Of a stretch of DNA of 31,428 bases, positions 1-8,537 are shown piece by piece (the stretch's first letter is position 1; every line of letters starts with the position of its first letter). The notes beneath the pieces were generated by a model. The model was given only the letters and a program-made list of their open reading frames with translations. It was not told the DNA's origin and did no database searches. The position numbers and the translations under genes are program-made. The DNA is taken from the NCBI GenBank assembly GCA_038208905.1, contig JBBQYG010000030.1:1-31428 (forward strand), given 5' to 3'. Source of the stretch: Candidatus Sumerlaeia bacterium. Lineage in GTDB: Bacteria > Sumerlaeota > Sumerlaeia > SLMS01.

Positions 1-9
1 GGGGAGGGG

Positions 10-143
10 GGGAATGGGGAATTGGGAATGGGAGCAGTGGAGGAGTCGGGACATGGGTAACGCTCGGTCGCGGTTGGGAATCGTAACTACTGCGCCAATC
101 GCCTGGGAGTGTGCCATTGCCCATTCCCAGTTCCCTATTCCCT
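10..143. repeat. Inverted pair of GGGAAT(G/T/A) short tandem repeats forming an imperfect long stem-loop
   Basis: gggaatggggaattgggaatggg (from 10) pairs with cccattcccagttccctattccc (120-142). Confidence 0.6.
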
Positions 144-241
144 TCTTCCCCGCCGTTCCCCCTTGCCAGCCCGCGTTCCAGCGGCTTGCTTAGGGGGGAA
201 TAAATTGCGCCGTTCATCGCACTCTCCCCGGAGCATCGGTC

Positions 242-2050
242 ATGCCCCCCGCCGACCCCGCCGCGAAGTTGAAGGGAAAGATCGAGGAGTTGAAGCAGTG
301 CCTGTTTGCGCGCGATGGGGAGCGGCTGGGTATCATCTACTCGGAGATCATCCGCGCCGATCCCCAGTTCACGATGCGGGGTCCGGTGCAGTTTGACCTG
401 GCGCGGGCGCTGGAGGAGGCGGGCGACGACGAGTTGGCGCTGCAGGCGTTTCGCCTGCTGGTGGAGAAGCAGCCCGACAATCCATCGCGGGCGGCGTCGC
501 TGAGGAGCGCGGGGCTGATCGCGAATCGGCTGCACCGCCAGCGCGAGTGCGCCGCATATCTCGTGGAGTTCCTGGCGACGCGCCCGCCGGCCAGCGAGAA
601 GCGCGAGGTGGAGGCGATCCTGGCGGATTTGCCCGCGTCGCTTCGCCGCCAGGCCGAGGAGGCCCTCGAGCGCCGCAAGACCCCGCAGCCAGAGCGCGCC
701 CCCGCCAAGAAGCCCGACTCGGCCGTGTATGTGGAGTTCGAGGTGGGGACCGAGCAGAACACCGAGAACCCCAAGCGCAAGGCCGCCGACTGGCAGAAGG
801 CGCCGCGCCGCCCGGTGATGGATTCGGAGCCGTCGGGCTTTGTGCCCATGCCCTCTCCCGGGAAGGCCGCGGCGGGAAAGCCGCCCGCCTCCATAGATGA
901 GTCGGCGATCGTGCTGGAGGAGGATCGCTTTCCCTCGAAACCGCTCCCGCCGCCACCGGCGCGCTCCCCAAAGCATCTTGGCGATCGTCCATCGGCGATG
1001 CACCACGAGCCGGCACGCCACGCCGACAAGCAGGACCACCAGCGCACGAGCCCTTCGCGCAAGCTGGAACCGCCGCGCCCCGCCGTCCCGATCACGCCCC
1101 CGCCGGACGACATTCACGACGCGCCGACGCCGCTCGATTCGGCCCGCGCCAGCGTCCCCGCCCGAAAGCCCTCCCCGCCCGCGGAGATTCCCCGCGCACA
1201 TGGTGGCGTGGGCCTCCCGCCTGTCCGCCCTAGCCCCGGCGAAGGAGGGCCCATGCAGCAGCAGCCGCCGCCGCCCAAAGCGGTGCCTCCGTCCACGCCT
1301 CCCGCCGGCGCCGCGCATCGCGAGACGCCGGAGGAGCGGTATGACCGCCTGCGCGACGCGCGGTTTGCGATGCTGCTGCCGCTCGGGAAGAAGATCCATC
1401 TGGACGAGGTGGCGCGCTTCGTGTCGGAGGTGGAACAACTCACCGAGGTCGATGCCAAGAAGGCCGTCCTCTATCGCAAGGGGCTGCTCTACGACAATCT
1501 ATCGATGGACGAGGTGCTGGACCTCCACGCGAAGTCGCGCGTCTTCCGCCAGACGTTTCTGGTGGTGGCGGTCCCCGCGCGGCTGAGGCCCACGGCGTCG
1601 ATCGAGGTGCTCTCCGCCAGCCTGCACGACAAGGGGATCAAGCTGGCCTCGGAACACCGCCAGGAAAAGCTGCGCTGGAACGAGGTGAAGCTGGTCAACT
1701 GCGGCTGCATGGCCGGGACTTGGTTCGCGACGCTCACGGGTGGCGAGCCGCTGCGCGAGTTCCGCTTCGTGGAACGCGTCTTCGAGGTGGAGGAGTTCCT
1801 CCCCGGCGCCCCCACCGATTTTCACGCGGCGCTGCCGCAACTGCTCAAGGCGCTCTCCGACCCCGCGGCGCAGTCCGTCCTCGGCCAAACCGCCCGCGCC
1901 GTCTCCGAAGGCCGCACGCCCACCCCCCCCCAATTCGCCGACGCCAGGGAGTTCCACTTCTACACCCTGTGGAGCCTCTTCGCCGCCTTCGGCGAACCGG
2001 TCAGCCCCGAGGAGCTTGCGGAAGTGGCGAGGGTGGCGTCGAATTGGTGA
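242..2050 (+). CDS. Hypothetical protein: TPR-like N-terminus, long Pro-rich linker, globular C-terminal domain
   Basis: 602-aa ORF with GGAG upstream; helical-repeat segment 'ALQAFRLLVEKQPDNPSRAASLRSAGLIANRL' resembles TPR; residues ~145-360 are low-complexity Pro/Ala-rich. Confidence 0.75.
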   Translation: MPPADPAAKLKGKIEELKQCLFARDGERLGIIYSEIIRADPQFTMRGPVQFDLARALEEAGDDELALQAFRLLVEKQPDNPSRAASLRSAGLIANRLHRQRECAAYLVEFLATRPPASEKREVEAILADLPASLRRQAEEALERRKTPQPERAPAKKPDSAVYVEFEVGTEQNTENPKRKAADWQKAPRRPVMDSEPSGFVPMPSPGKAAAGKPPASIDESAIVLEEDRFPSKPLPPPPARSPKHLGDRPSAMHHEPARHADKQDHQRTSPSRKLEPPRPAVPITPPPDDIHDAPTPLDSARASVPARKPSPPAEIPRAHGGVGLPPVRPSPGEGGPMQQQPPPPKAVPPSTPPAGAAHRETPEERYDRLRDARFAMLLPLGKKIHLDEVARFVSEVEQLTEVDAKKAVLYRKGLLYDNLSMDEVLDLHAKSRVFRQTFLVVAVPARLRPTASIEVLSASLHDKGIKLASEHRQEKLRWNEVKLVNCGCMAGTWFATLTGGEPLREFRFVERVFEVEEFLPGAPTDFHAALPQLLKALSDPAAQSVLGQTARAVSEGRTPTPPQFADAREFHFYTLWSLFAAFGEPVSPEELAEVARVASNW

Positions 2051-2225
2051 GTGAAGGCAGGGAGAAGCAGGATAAGGGAGGGAAGGGCAGGGAACGGCGG
2101 GAATGAAAACGGATGGGCAACGCCCAATCGCCCGGAGGGCGCAACACGGAGAGCACCGGGTTGAAGTCCGTGTCATTCCCGAATCCCGAGAAGCGCCCTG
2201 CTACCCATCGGCAGCCGAAAAGCCA

Positions 2226-2477
2226 TTGCCCGCTTAAGCGGGCACCCTTTTGCCGCCGGCTTCAGTCGGCGGGACTTTGGCGACTGATTCCAAGCGCGCT
2301 TCAGCGTGCTTCTTCTTGGCTTCAGCCACCCTCCTGGGCATCGCTGCCGTGCAAGGATGGATGCGGAGAGCATGGCTAAAGCTCCGGGACAAGCACGCTG
2401 AAGCGCGCTCCAGAATTGATTGGGTTCCATCCCTCCGGCTAAAGCCGGAGGCAAGTGATTGCCCGCTGAAGCGGGCA
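2226..2477. repeat. Nested mirror-symmetric element of eight GCTNNAGC-cored palindromes (REPIN/MITE-like)
   Basis: Order A-B-C-D...D'-C'-B'-A'. A tgcccgcttaagcgggca / A' tgcccgctgaagcgggca; B ttgccgccggcttcagtcggcggga / B' tccctccggctaaagccggaggcaa; C agcgcgcttcagcgtgctt / C' aagcacgctgaagcgcgct (exact reverse complement). Confidence 0.85.
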
Positions 2478-2630
2478 GGATGGAAGGAGTTCCCGATGTC
2501 TCTTGCGGCGTTCTTGACGACATCTCCGTCAGTTTTTTCCATCTCAGGAGCGAAGCAGTAATATATGCTTCGGACAACGACGAACTCAACTTCTCGTGGG
2601 CCCTGCGGTCTCGCGGTGGCTCGCCACCGG

Positions 2631-2655
2631 CGCCAATCGGGAGATTGGCGTTCCC
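2631..2655. repeat. REP-like palindrome, copy 1 (CGCCAATC-GGGA-GATTGGCG-TTCCC)
   Basis: Identical 25-mer also at 4571 and 5977; 8-bp perfect stem with 4-nt loop. Confidence 0.9.
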
Positions 2656-2709
2656 GGGGGGGTGCGTTCCCGTTGCCGCTGTGGGTTGGGGTCCGTAGCG
2701 TCCTCGCCC

Positions 2710-4494
2710 ATGAGCGATTCCGTCGAGGAGCCCGGTGGTGTCCGCCTGTTTGATGGAGGGTGGCGCGCGCACGTATTATTTGCGGGGCTGACGGTTTTCA
2801 TGTCGGGCTCGTTGCCGTTTCATTTGGGCGGGTGCCCGCTGAGTCAGCCGGGGGGCGACATCGGGAACACGCAGTGGAATCTGTGGTGGGTGGGGGAGGT
2901 GTTGTCGGGCCGGGGGGGCGAGGGGGGCGGGCTGATGCATTCGCCCGGTTTGTTTTTCCCCGCGGGGGCCGACCTCGTGTGGAACACGACGGAGTACCTG
3001 TGGGGGATCGGGTTGTGGCCGGTGAGGCTGGCGCTGGGCGGGTTCGCGCAGCATAACGTGGCGCTGATTTTGGCGACGTATCTGACGGCGTGGTTTGCGT
3101 TCCTTGCGGCGCGTCAGGTGGGGGCGGGCTTTGCGGGCGCGGCGGCGGCGTCGGCGGCGGTGGCGCTGCATGGGTATCGCCTGATGGAGTCCTATCACCT
3201 GAACATCTTCACGACGTTTCCGCTGCCGGGGGCGATCTGGCTGGTGCTGAGGCTGGGGGCGAATCCCGGCGACCGGCGCGCGGCGCTTGGGCTGGGGGCG
3301 CTGGCGGTGGCGACGCTGCTGTCGTCGATCTTCCACGCGTTTGGCTGCGCGATTCTGGGGGTGGGGCTGGCGGGGTGGCTTCTGTGGAGGCATCGCGCGG
3401 ACGGTGTCTATACGCGGCGGCTTCTGGGGGCGGTGGGAATTGCATTGGGCATCGCGTTGCCGGTGCTCGCGTGGATCGCGTGGCACATGGCGCGGGCCGA
3501 TGCGCCGGTGGCGTTCACCGCGTTGGCTGTGGCGGAGAAGGCGGCGGACCCATGGCAGTTCCTGATTCCGGCGCGGGCGCGACTAGCGATGACGGGGCTG
3601 CCGACGGACGTGATGGATCTGATCGCGGCGGGTCAGGCCCATGCGGCGGTTTGGTATCTGCCGGGGTTCCTGTTGGCGGCGTGCGCGCTATGGGGCGTGT
3701 GGCGGAGCGACGCCGCACCGGCGGCGCGCGCAGTGCTTGCGATCGGGGGAGTCTTTGCCGTGTTGTCGCTGGGGCCCTACCTGCGGATGGGTCCGCCGTG
3801 GACGGCGAATCCGGAGCCGACACTGCTTCCGCTTCCGGGGTTGTTGATCCGGTGGATCCCGGGGCTGGGCACGTTGCGCTCGGTGTGGCACTTCGGGTTC
3901 CTCGCCACGATCTGCATGGCGGTGGTGGGCGGGGCGGGGCTGGAGCGCCTGTTGGCGGCGGCGGTGCTGCTTCCGCATCGGCGGGTGTTGGCGGTGCTGG
4001 CGGTGCTTGTGGCCGGGGCGGAGACGTATCGCGGCTCGCTCTTCACGCAGCCGGCCGTTCTGGGGGTTCCCACGGCCAACTACCTGGGCGACTCGGCCAC
4101 ACGGGACGATGCCGTGCTGGCGTATCCATTCGCCCTGTACGAGGTGCGGGGCTTTTTCATGTGGCAGCAGACGGTTCACCGCCGCCCGATGGCCACGGGG
4201 TACCTCTCCCGCGATCCCGCCAGCTTCGACGCGTGGCGCGGAGAGCGGGTGTGGCCCAACGAGCTGGAGGATATCTGTCACTCGCGAATCGACCGGTTCA
4301 CGCCGGCCGCCGAGGCCATGTTTCGCGAGGACGTCGCCGCGCTTCGCATCCGCCACATGATCTTGTTCGATCCCGAGGACGGAACCAACATGCGCTCCGC
4401 CAACGTAAGGCGCGAACTGGGCCGGATGGGGCTCGGGAGGCCGGTGGAGCGGGATGCGTATTTTGTGGTGTTCGAGGTGGGTGGGGAAAAGTAG
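2710..4494 (+). CDS. Multi-pass membrane protein, YfhO/GT-C glycosyltransferase-like
   Basis: N-terminal 'GGD...QWNLWWV...FFPAG', many TM helices, 'LSLGPY', 'LRSVWHF', and C-terminal 'MWQQTVHRRPMATGY'; start moved to the ATG downstream of the REP. Confidence 0.7.
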   Translation: MSDSVEEPGGVRLFDGGWRAHVLFAGLTVFMSGSLPFHLGGCPLSQPGGDIGNTQWNLWWVGEVLSGRGGEGGGLMHSPGLFFPAGADLVWNTTEYLWGIGLWPVRLALGGFAQHNVALILATYLTAWFAFLAARQVGAGFAGAAAASAAVALHGYRLMESYHLNIFTTFPLPGAIWLVLRLGANPGDRRAALGLGALAVATLLSSIFHAFGCAILGVGLAGWLLWRHRADGVYTRRLLGAVGIALGIALPVLAWIAWHMARADAPVAFTALAVAEKAADPWQFLIPARARLAMTGLPTDVMDLIAAGQAHAAVWYLPGFLLAACALWGVWRSDAAPAARAVLAIGGVFAVLSLGPYLRMGPPWTANPEPTLLPLPGLLIRWIPGLGTLRSVWHFGFLATICMAVVGGAGLERLLAAAVLLPHRRVLAVLAVLVAGAETYRGSLFTQPAVLGVPTANYLGDSATRDDAVLAYPFALYEVRGFFMWQQTVHRRPMATGYLSRDPASFDAWRGERVWPNELEDICHSRIDRFTPAAEAMFREDVAALRIRHMILFDPEDGTNMRSANVRRELGRMGLGRPVERDAYFVVFEVGGEK

Positions 4495-4541
4495 GGATGA
4501 GAATGGCAGGGATGAGGTATGAGGGCTGAGGGATGAACGGC
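4495..4541. repeat. GGGATGA-type heptamer tandem repeat
   Basis: gggatgagaatggcagggatgaggtatgagggctgagggatgaacggc; the 15-mer tgagggatgaacggc recurs at 23335-23349. Confidence 0.6.
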
Positions 4542-4570
4542 GGGTGTATAGTCAGGACCTGGGTAGCACC

Positions 4571-4595
4571 CGCCAATCGGGAGATTGGCGTTCCC
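4571..4595. repeat. REP-like palindrome, copy 2
   Basis: Identical to 2631-2655. Confidence 0.9.
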
Positions 4596-4686
4596 AGAGG
4601 GGGGCGCGTTTTTGGTTGGCGCCGTTGGGTTGGGGCCAACAAATTCCCGCGCGTTCCCGACCCCCATTTTCAGAGGCCACGACAGC

Positions 4687-5913
4687 ATGTTCTTCGATCT
4701 CGCTCGCAAGCCGGTTCCGTATATCAGGCTGTCGATCACTGGCGTCTTCATGGGGTTGGCGAATCTGGTTCCCGGGGTATCGGGTGGCACGATGGTGCTG
4801 GCGCTGGGGTTGTATGACGAGTTCATCGAGGCGATGTCCTCGATCTCGCGGTTCCGGCTGACGCTCAGGCCGCTGGTGGTGCTGGCGCTGCTGTTCGGCG
4901 TTTCCGCGGTCAGCGTGCTGGTCTTTGCCTCGGCGATTCAGTTCACGATGGAGATGTTTCGCCCTGGGATGCTGGCGCTGTTCATCGGCATGACGCTGGG
5001 CGGGGCGCCGACGCTGTGGAAGGAAATGCGGCCCCACGCGGGCTCCACCGTTGGCGCCGCGGTGGCGGGGTTTATCGTGATGGCGGCGGTGGCGTTGCTG
5101 CTGAAGCCCGGGACGCTGCCGATCACTTGGCCGATCCTCTTCATCGCGGGGATCATCGGGAGCTCGGCGATGATCCTGCCGGGGATCTCGGGAAGCTACC
5201 TGCTCCTGATCATGGGTCTTTACCTGCCGATCATCGGGGGGGTCAGCAACTTCAAGGACGCCCTCTCCGCGCGCGACATCTCGCTCGCGATCAGCGTGGG
5301 CATGGGGATTATCCTCCCCGTTGGGCTGGGCGTGGTCACGGGGATCGTGGCGTTCTCCAACCTGCTGAACTTCCTGCTCACGCGGCATCACAAGCTGACG
5401 GTTGGGTTCCTCTTTGGACTGCTGGTGGGGTCGGTGCTGGGGCTGTATCCGTTCCAGACGCAAAGCTTCGACAAGCTCCCGCGCCGCGGCGTCACGATGC
5501 CCGATGGCTCCACGGAGCTGCGTGTCATAGCCCACGGCTGGACAGCGACCGAGGGCGACGCGATCCTTGCGAAGCTGAAGGCGGTGGAGACCGCCAAGGT
5601 TTCAGTCAAGATCCTCGGCTCGAGCGATCAGATCCCGGCCGCGGCCAACATAGAGGCCGCCCGCGCCGCCGAGGCCGTGATCATCGCCTTTGACCAGAAC
5701 GTCCCCCGCGACGTGCGCCGTATGGCCGACACCAAGGACGCCAATGGCAAGCGCGTGGAACTGGTGATCGTGCCCGACACCCGCTTCAGCCCCGGGCGGG
5801 CGGGACTGGTGGTGCTTTTGGTTTTGGTTGGGTTCGCCTGCACGATCCTGCTTGGCAGGTTTGGCGGGGAAGAGAAGCCCAAGGAAGCGGCAATGGGAGC
5901 GCCGATCTCCTGA
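4687..5913 (+). CDS. DUF368 family membrane protein (undecaprenyl-phosphate translocase family) with an extra soluble insert
   Basis: Signature repeats 'MGLANLVPGVSGGT' and 'AMILPGISGSYLLLIMGLY'. Confidence 0.9.
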   Translation: MFFDLARKPVPYIRLSITGVFMGLANLVPGVSGGTMVLALGLYDEFIEAMSSISRFRLTLRPLVVLALLFGVSAVSVLVFASAIQFTMEMFRPGMLALFIGMTLGGAPTLWKEMRPHAGSTVGAAVAGFIVMAAVALLLKPGTLPITWPILFIAGIIGSSAMILPGISGSYLLLIMGLYLPIIGGVSNFKDALSARDISLAISVGMGIILPVGLGVVTGIVAFSNLLNFLLTRHHKLTVGFLFGLLVGSVLGLYPFQTQSFDKLPRRGVTMPDGSTELRVIAHGWTATEGDAILAKLKAVETAKVSVKILGSSDQIPAAANIEAARAAEAVIIAFDQNVPRDVRRMADTKDANGKRVELVIVPDTRFSPGRAGLVVLLVLVGFACTILLGRFGGEEKPKEAAMGAPIS

Positions 5914-5976
5914 TCGGCTTTTGTTGTCGTTGCCGTCGCGGCTTGTTTTATTGCCCGGGGCGCTGGTCGGCAACGG

Positions 5977-6001
5977 CGCCAATCGGGAGATTGGCGTTCC
6001 C
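5977..6001. repeat. REP-like palindrome, copy 3, abutting the thiE start codon
   Basis: Identical to 2631-2655; the next three bases are ATG (6002). Confidence 0.9.
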
Positions 6002-6616
6002 ATGCGGCTGCTTGCGATTACATCGCGCCATCTGGCGGGAGGCGTGGCGGCGCTTGAACGGCGTTGCGGCGAACTGCTGGACGCAGGGGTGCCGGCGATC
6101 ATGCTGAGGGAGAAGGATTTGACGGGGGCGGAGTTGCTCCTCCTGGCGATGCGGCTGCGCGAGGCGACGCGGGAGCGGGGGGCGCTGCTGATCGTGAACG
6201 GAGCGCCGGGCGTGGCGGCGGATGTGGGCGCCGATGGCGTCCACATCGGCGGCGGACCACAGGCTTTCGCGGCGGCGATGGGGCGGGGGTTCGCGGTGCC
6301 GATGGCGGGGGCGAGCTGTCATTCCCGCGCCGACCTGATTTCTGCGGAGTCGAACGGGGCGGTTTACGCCCTGTTGTCGCCGTTTTTTGATCCGTCAAGT
6401 AAGAAAGCCGCTCGCCCACCTCTCGGGGCTGTCGGCTTCCGTGCAGAGTCTTCAGGAATCGCCATTCCGGTGCTGGCACTGGGGGGGATCACGGCGGAGA
6501 ATGTGGCGGAGGCGCTGGCGGCCGGGGCGGCGGGAGTGGCCGCCATCGGGGCCTTCTTTTCCCCGGATGCCACGATGGAGTCGGTAAGGCGGCTGATCGG
6601 GCTACTCTCTCAGTAG
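6002..6616 (+). CDS. thiE: Thiamine-phosphate synthase (ThiE/TenI family)
   Basis: Motifs 'MLREKDL', 'LIVN', 'GADGVH', 'GASCHS', 'SPFF...SKK', 'PVLALGGI...GAAGVA'. Confidence 0.85.
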   Translation: MRLLAITSRHLAGGVAALERRCGELLDAGVPAIMLREKDLTGAELLLLAMRLREATRERGALLIVNGAPGVAADVGADGVHIGGGPQAFAAAMGRGFAVPMAGASCHSRADLISAESNGAVYALLSPFFDPSSKKAARPPLGAVGFRAESSGIAIPVLALGGITAENVAEALAAGAAGVAAIGAFFSPDATMESVRRLIGLLSQ

Positions 6617-7333
6617 CGCGATATGGTCCGGCGTCAGTTCCTTCACCTCGCCCTCGGCGATGCCGAGCTTTTGGAGGGTCAGGCCACCCACGCGTGTCCT
6701 GCAAAGTGTCATGACGCGTGCGTCTACAGCCTCGATCATTCGGCGGACTTGGCGATTGCGGCCTTCGCGGAGCACGATCTCATAGCGGGGGATCCGCCCG
6801 CCACGTCCGGTGGGGGCCATTGCTGTCATGGTACACGGCTGGACGGGCCCGTCGTCGAGTTCGATGCCAGAACAGATGCGGCCGATCTCGTCGGCCAAGA
6901 GTGACCGACTGGTGGCCACCAGATAGGCTTTCTCCACATGCCGCGATGGATGCGTCAAGTGATTTACCAGAACGCCGTCGGTCGTCATGATCAGAAGGCC
7001 GCTGGTCAGGAAGTCCAGCCGCCCCGCATAGACGAGTTCATTGGCTCGGGGCGCTGCCTCGGGGGGGAGCATGTCGTAAACCGTCCGGCGGCCTTGGGGG
7101 TCGCGGCGCGTGACCATGACCTCGGGCGGCTTGTGGAGGGCCAGGGTCAGGTGCTGCGCCGCCAGCATCGCGACGCGCCCGTCGATCTCCACGTGGTCGG
7201 CGCCGGGCTCAACCTGCCGGGCTAGGTCGGTCGTGACCTCGCCATTCACAAGGACGCGACCCTGCTTCACAAACTCCTCGCACTGGCGGCGAGAGCCGAA
7301 TCCGCATCGGGCGAGAAAGTGGGAGATGCGCAT
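6602..7333 (-). CDS. rRNA pseudouridine synthase, RsuA/RluB family with S4 domain
   Basis: S4 'SRRQCEEFVKQGRVLVNG', 'HKP', catalytic 'GRLDFLTSGLLIMTTDG', 'EGRNRQVRRM'. Confidence 0.95.
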   Translation of the reverse strand: MRISHFLARCGFGSRRQCEEFVKQGRVLVNGEVTTDLARQVEPGADHVEIDGRVAMLAAQHLTLALHKPPEVMVTRRDPQGRRTVYDMLPPEAAPRANELVYAGRLDFLTSGLLIMTTDGVLVNHLTHPSRHVEKAYLVATSRSLLADEIGRICSGIELDDGPVQPCTMTAMAPTGRGGRIPRYEIVLREGRNRQVRRMIEAVDARVMTLCRTRVGGLTLQKLGIAEGEVKELTPDHIALLRE

Positions 7334-7390
7334 GGCGGAAAGGGGACGGCTGTGGCGGTGGCGGGGAAAGGGGAATGGGGAATCGGGCCG

Positions 7391-7457
7391 GTACTGTCGA
7401 TGGCATCGACAGTACGGTTTCCTACTGTCGAAATTTGGGTGGAATTTCGACAGTAGG
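7391..7457. repeat. Two adjacent palindromes sharing TACTGTCGA arms at the Fic 3' end
   Basis: gtactgtcgatg-g-catcgacagtac (7391-7415); cctactgtcgaaatt-N7-aatttcgacagtagg (7421-7457). Confidence 0.9.
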
Positions 7458-8537
7458 GCTCGAAAGGAGCTCGATGAGCGCGTTGTTGCGAAATATCAGC
7501 GAAGGTCCACGCCCCTCCGAGGTTAGAATTCCAATCTTCTCGAGTTCCCGAAGATACAGCGATGCGGTTTGTCGCTTGGCGATGCCCGCCTCGACCAGAA
7601 CAGAGGACCGGCAGTAGGGCTGGGTAAAAAGTGTCTCCACCAGTTCCTTTGAATAGACGCGCGTTGGCAGCCCGAGGCGGCATTGGTCCAGCGTCCGATC
7701 CATCAATTCCCTGATCGCCCGGATCCTCCTTCCCGTTTTGATCGCCGTCAGCTCCACGCCGGCCAGCATGAACAGCACCCATTCTTCCCATTCCTGCCGC
7801 TCCGTGACGCCGCGCAGCAGCCTGTAGTAGTCCGGCTTGTTCTCGATAATATGGTGGCTGAGATACAAAACGGGTATGCGGAGGAGGTCGCGCTGGATCA
7901 GCATCAGAATGTTGAGAATTCGGCCGGTTCTGCCATTGCCGTCAATGAAGGGGTGGATCGCCTCGAACTGGTAGTGGCCGACTGCCATCCTAACGAGCGG
8001 GTCCAGTTGGTCGTGTCCATTGAGGAAGGCGATTAGGTTCGCCATCTTGGCATGAATAACGTCACTGCCGTGCGGCGGAGTATAGGTGATCGTCCCCGCG
8101 GCGCGGTTGCCGATATAGACCTTCTCCTCCGACCGGAGGGAGATCGGCTCGTTCCTGAGCGTTGCGCAAATCCCCCTGACAATATCCAGGTCGAGAGGTC
8201 GATCCCGCAGGGCCTCGTATCCGTATCGGAGTGCCTTCCGATAGCGGATGACCTCCTTGGTGGCGGGATCAGAGGCAAGGGTCTCGTCCAATTGGGCGCG
8301 AAAGAGGGCGTCCTCGGTGGTGACAATGTTCTCAATTTCCGAACTAAGCTTGGCCTCCTGAAGGGGTATGGAATTAATGAGGATGGCTTGGTTGGGTATC
8401 AGGTCGCCGGCGCCCTTGAGTTCGGCCAGCGCCCGGGTGGCGGAGAGGCACTTCTTGAGGACGGCACGGGTTTCCATCTCGCGGGCGGGTGGAAGCGGGG
8501 GGAGGTCGTCGTAGGGGGTCAGTGGATCGAATGTCAT
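7422..8537 (-). CDS. fic: Fic/DOC protein adenylyltransferase (class II, SoFic-like; Fic_N + Fic + C-terminal wHTH)
   Basis: 'HPFIDGNGRTGR' catalytic motif; 'SSEIEN' inhibitory motif; C-terminal 'RQTASLYLRELEKIGIL'; start taken at MTFDPLTPY. Confidence 0.95.
   Translation of the reverse strand: MTFDPLTPYDDLPPLPPAREMETRAVLKKCLSATRALAELKGAGDLIPNQAILINSIPLQEAKLSSEIENIVTTEDALFRAQLDETLASDPATKEVIRYRKALRYGYEALRDRPLDLDIVRGICATLRNEPISLRSEEKVYIGNRAAGTITYTPPHGSDVIHAKMANLIAFLNGHDQLDPLVRMAVGHYQFEAIHPFIDGNGRTGRILNILMLIQRDLLRIPVLYLSHHIIENKPDYYRLLRGVTERQEWEEWVLFMLAGVELTAIKTGRRIRAIRELMDRTLDQCRLGLPTRVYSKELVETLFTQPYCRSSVLVEAGIAKRQTASLYLRELEKIGILTSEGRGPSLIFRNNALIELLSSPTVEIPPKFRQ

Noticed and set aside
2226-2477. 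CRISPR array or protein gene in the nested palindrome region
   Set aside because: The units are non-identical and in mirror order; the overlapping short ORFs simply translate the repeats.
2478-2600. Lower-GC stretch as a possible gene remnant or sRNA
   Set aside because: No recognisable protein motif and only a weak 6-bp hairpin; insufficient support.
2631-6001. CRISPR array from the three identical 25-bp palindromes
   Set aside because: Spacing is 1.4-1.9 kb with whole genes in between, and there are no cas genes.
5914-6001. TPP riboswitch upstream of thiE
   Set aside because: No CUGAGA-type TPP aptamer motif, and the 88-bp gap is partly filled by the REP.
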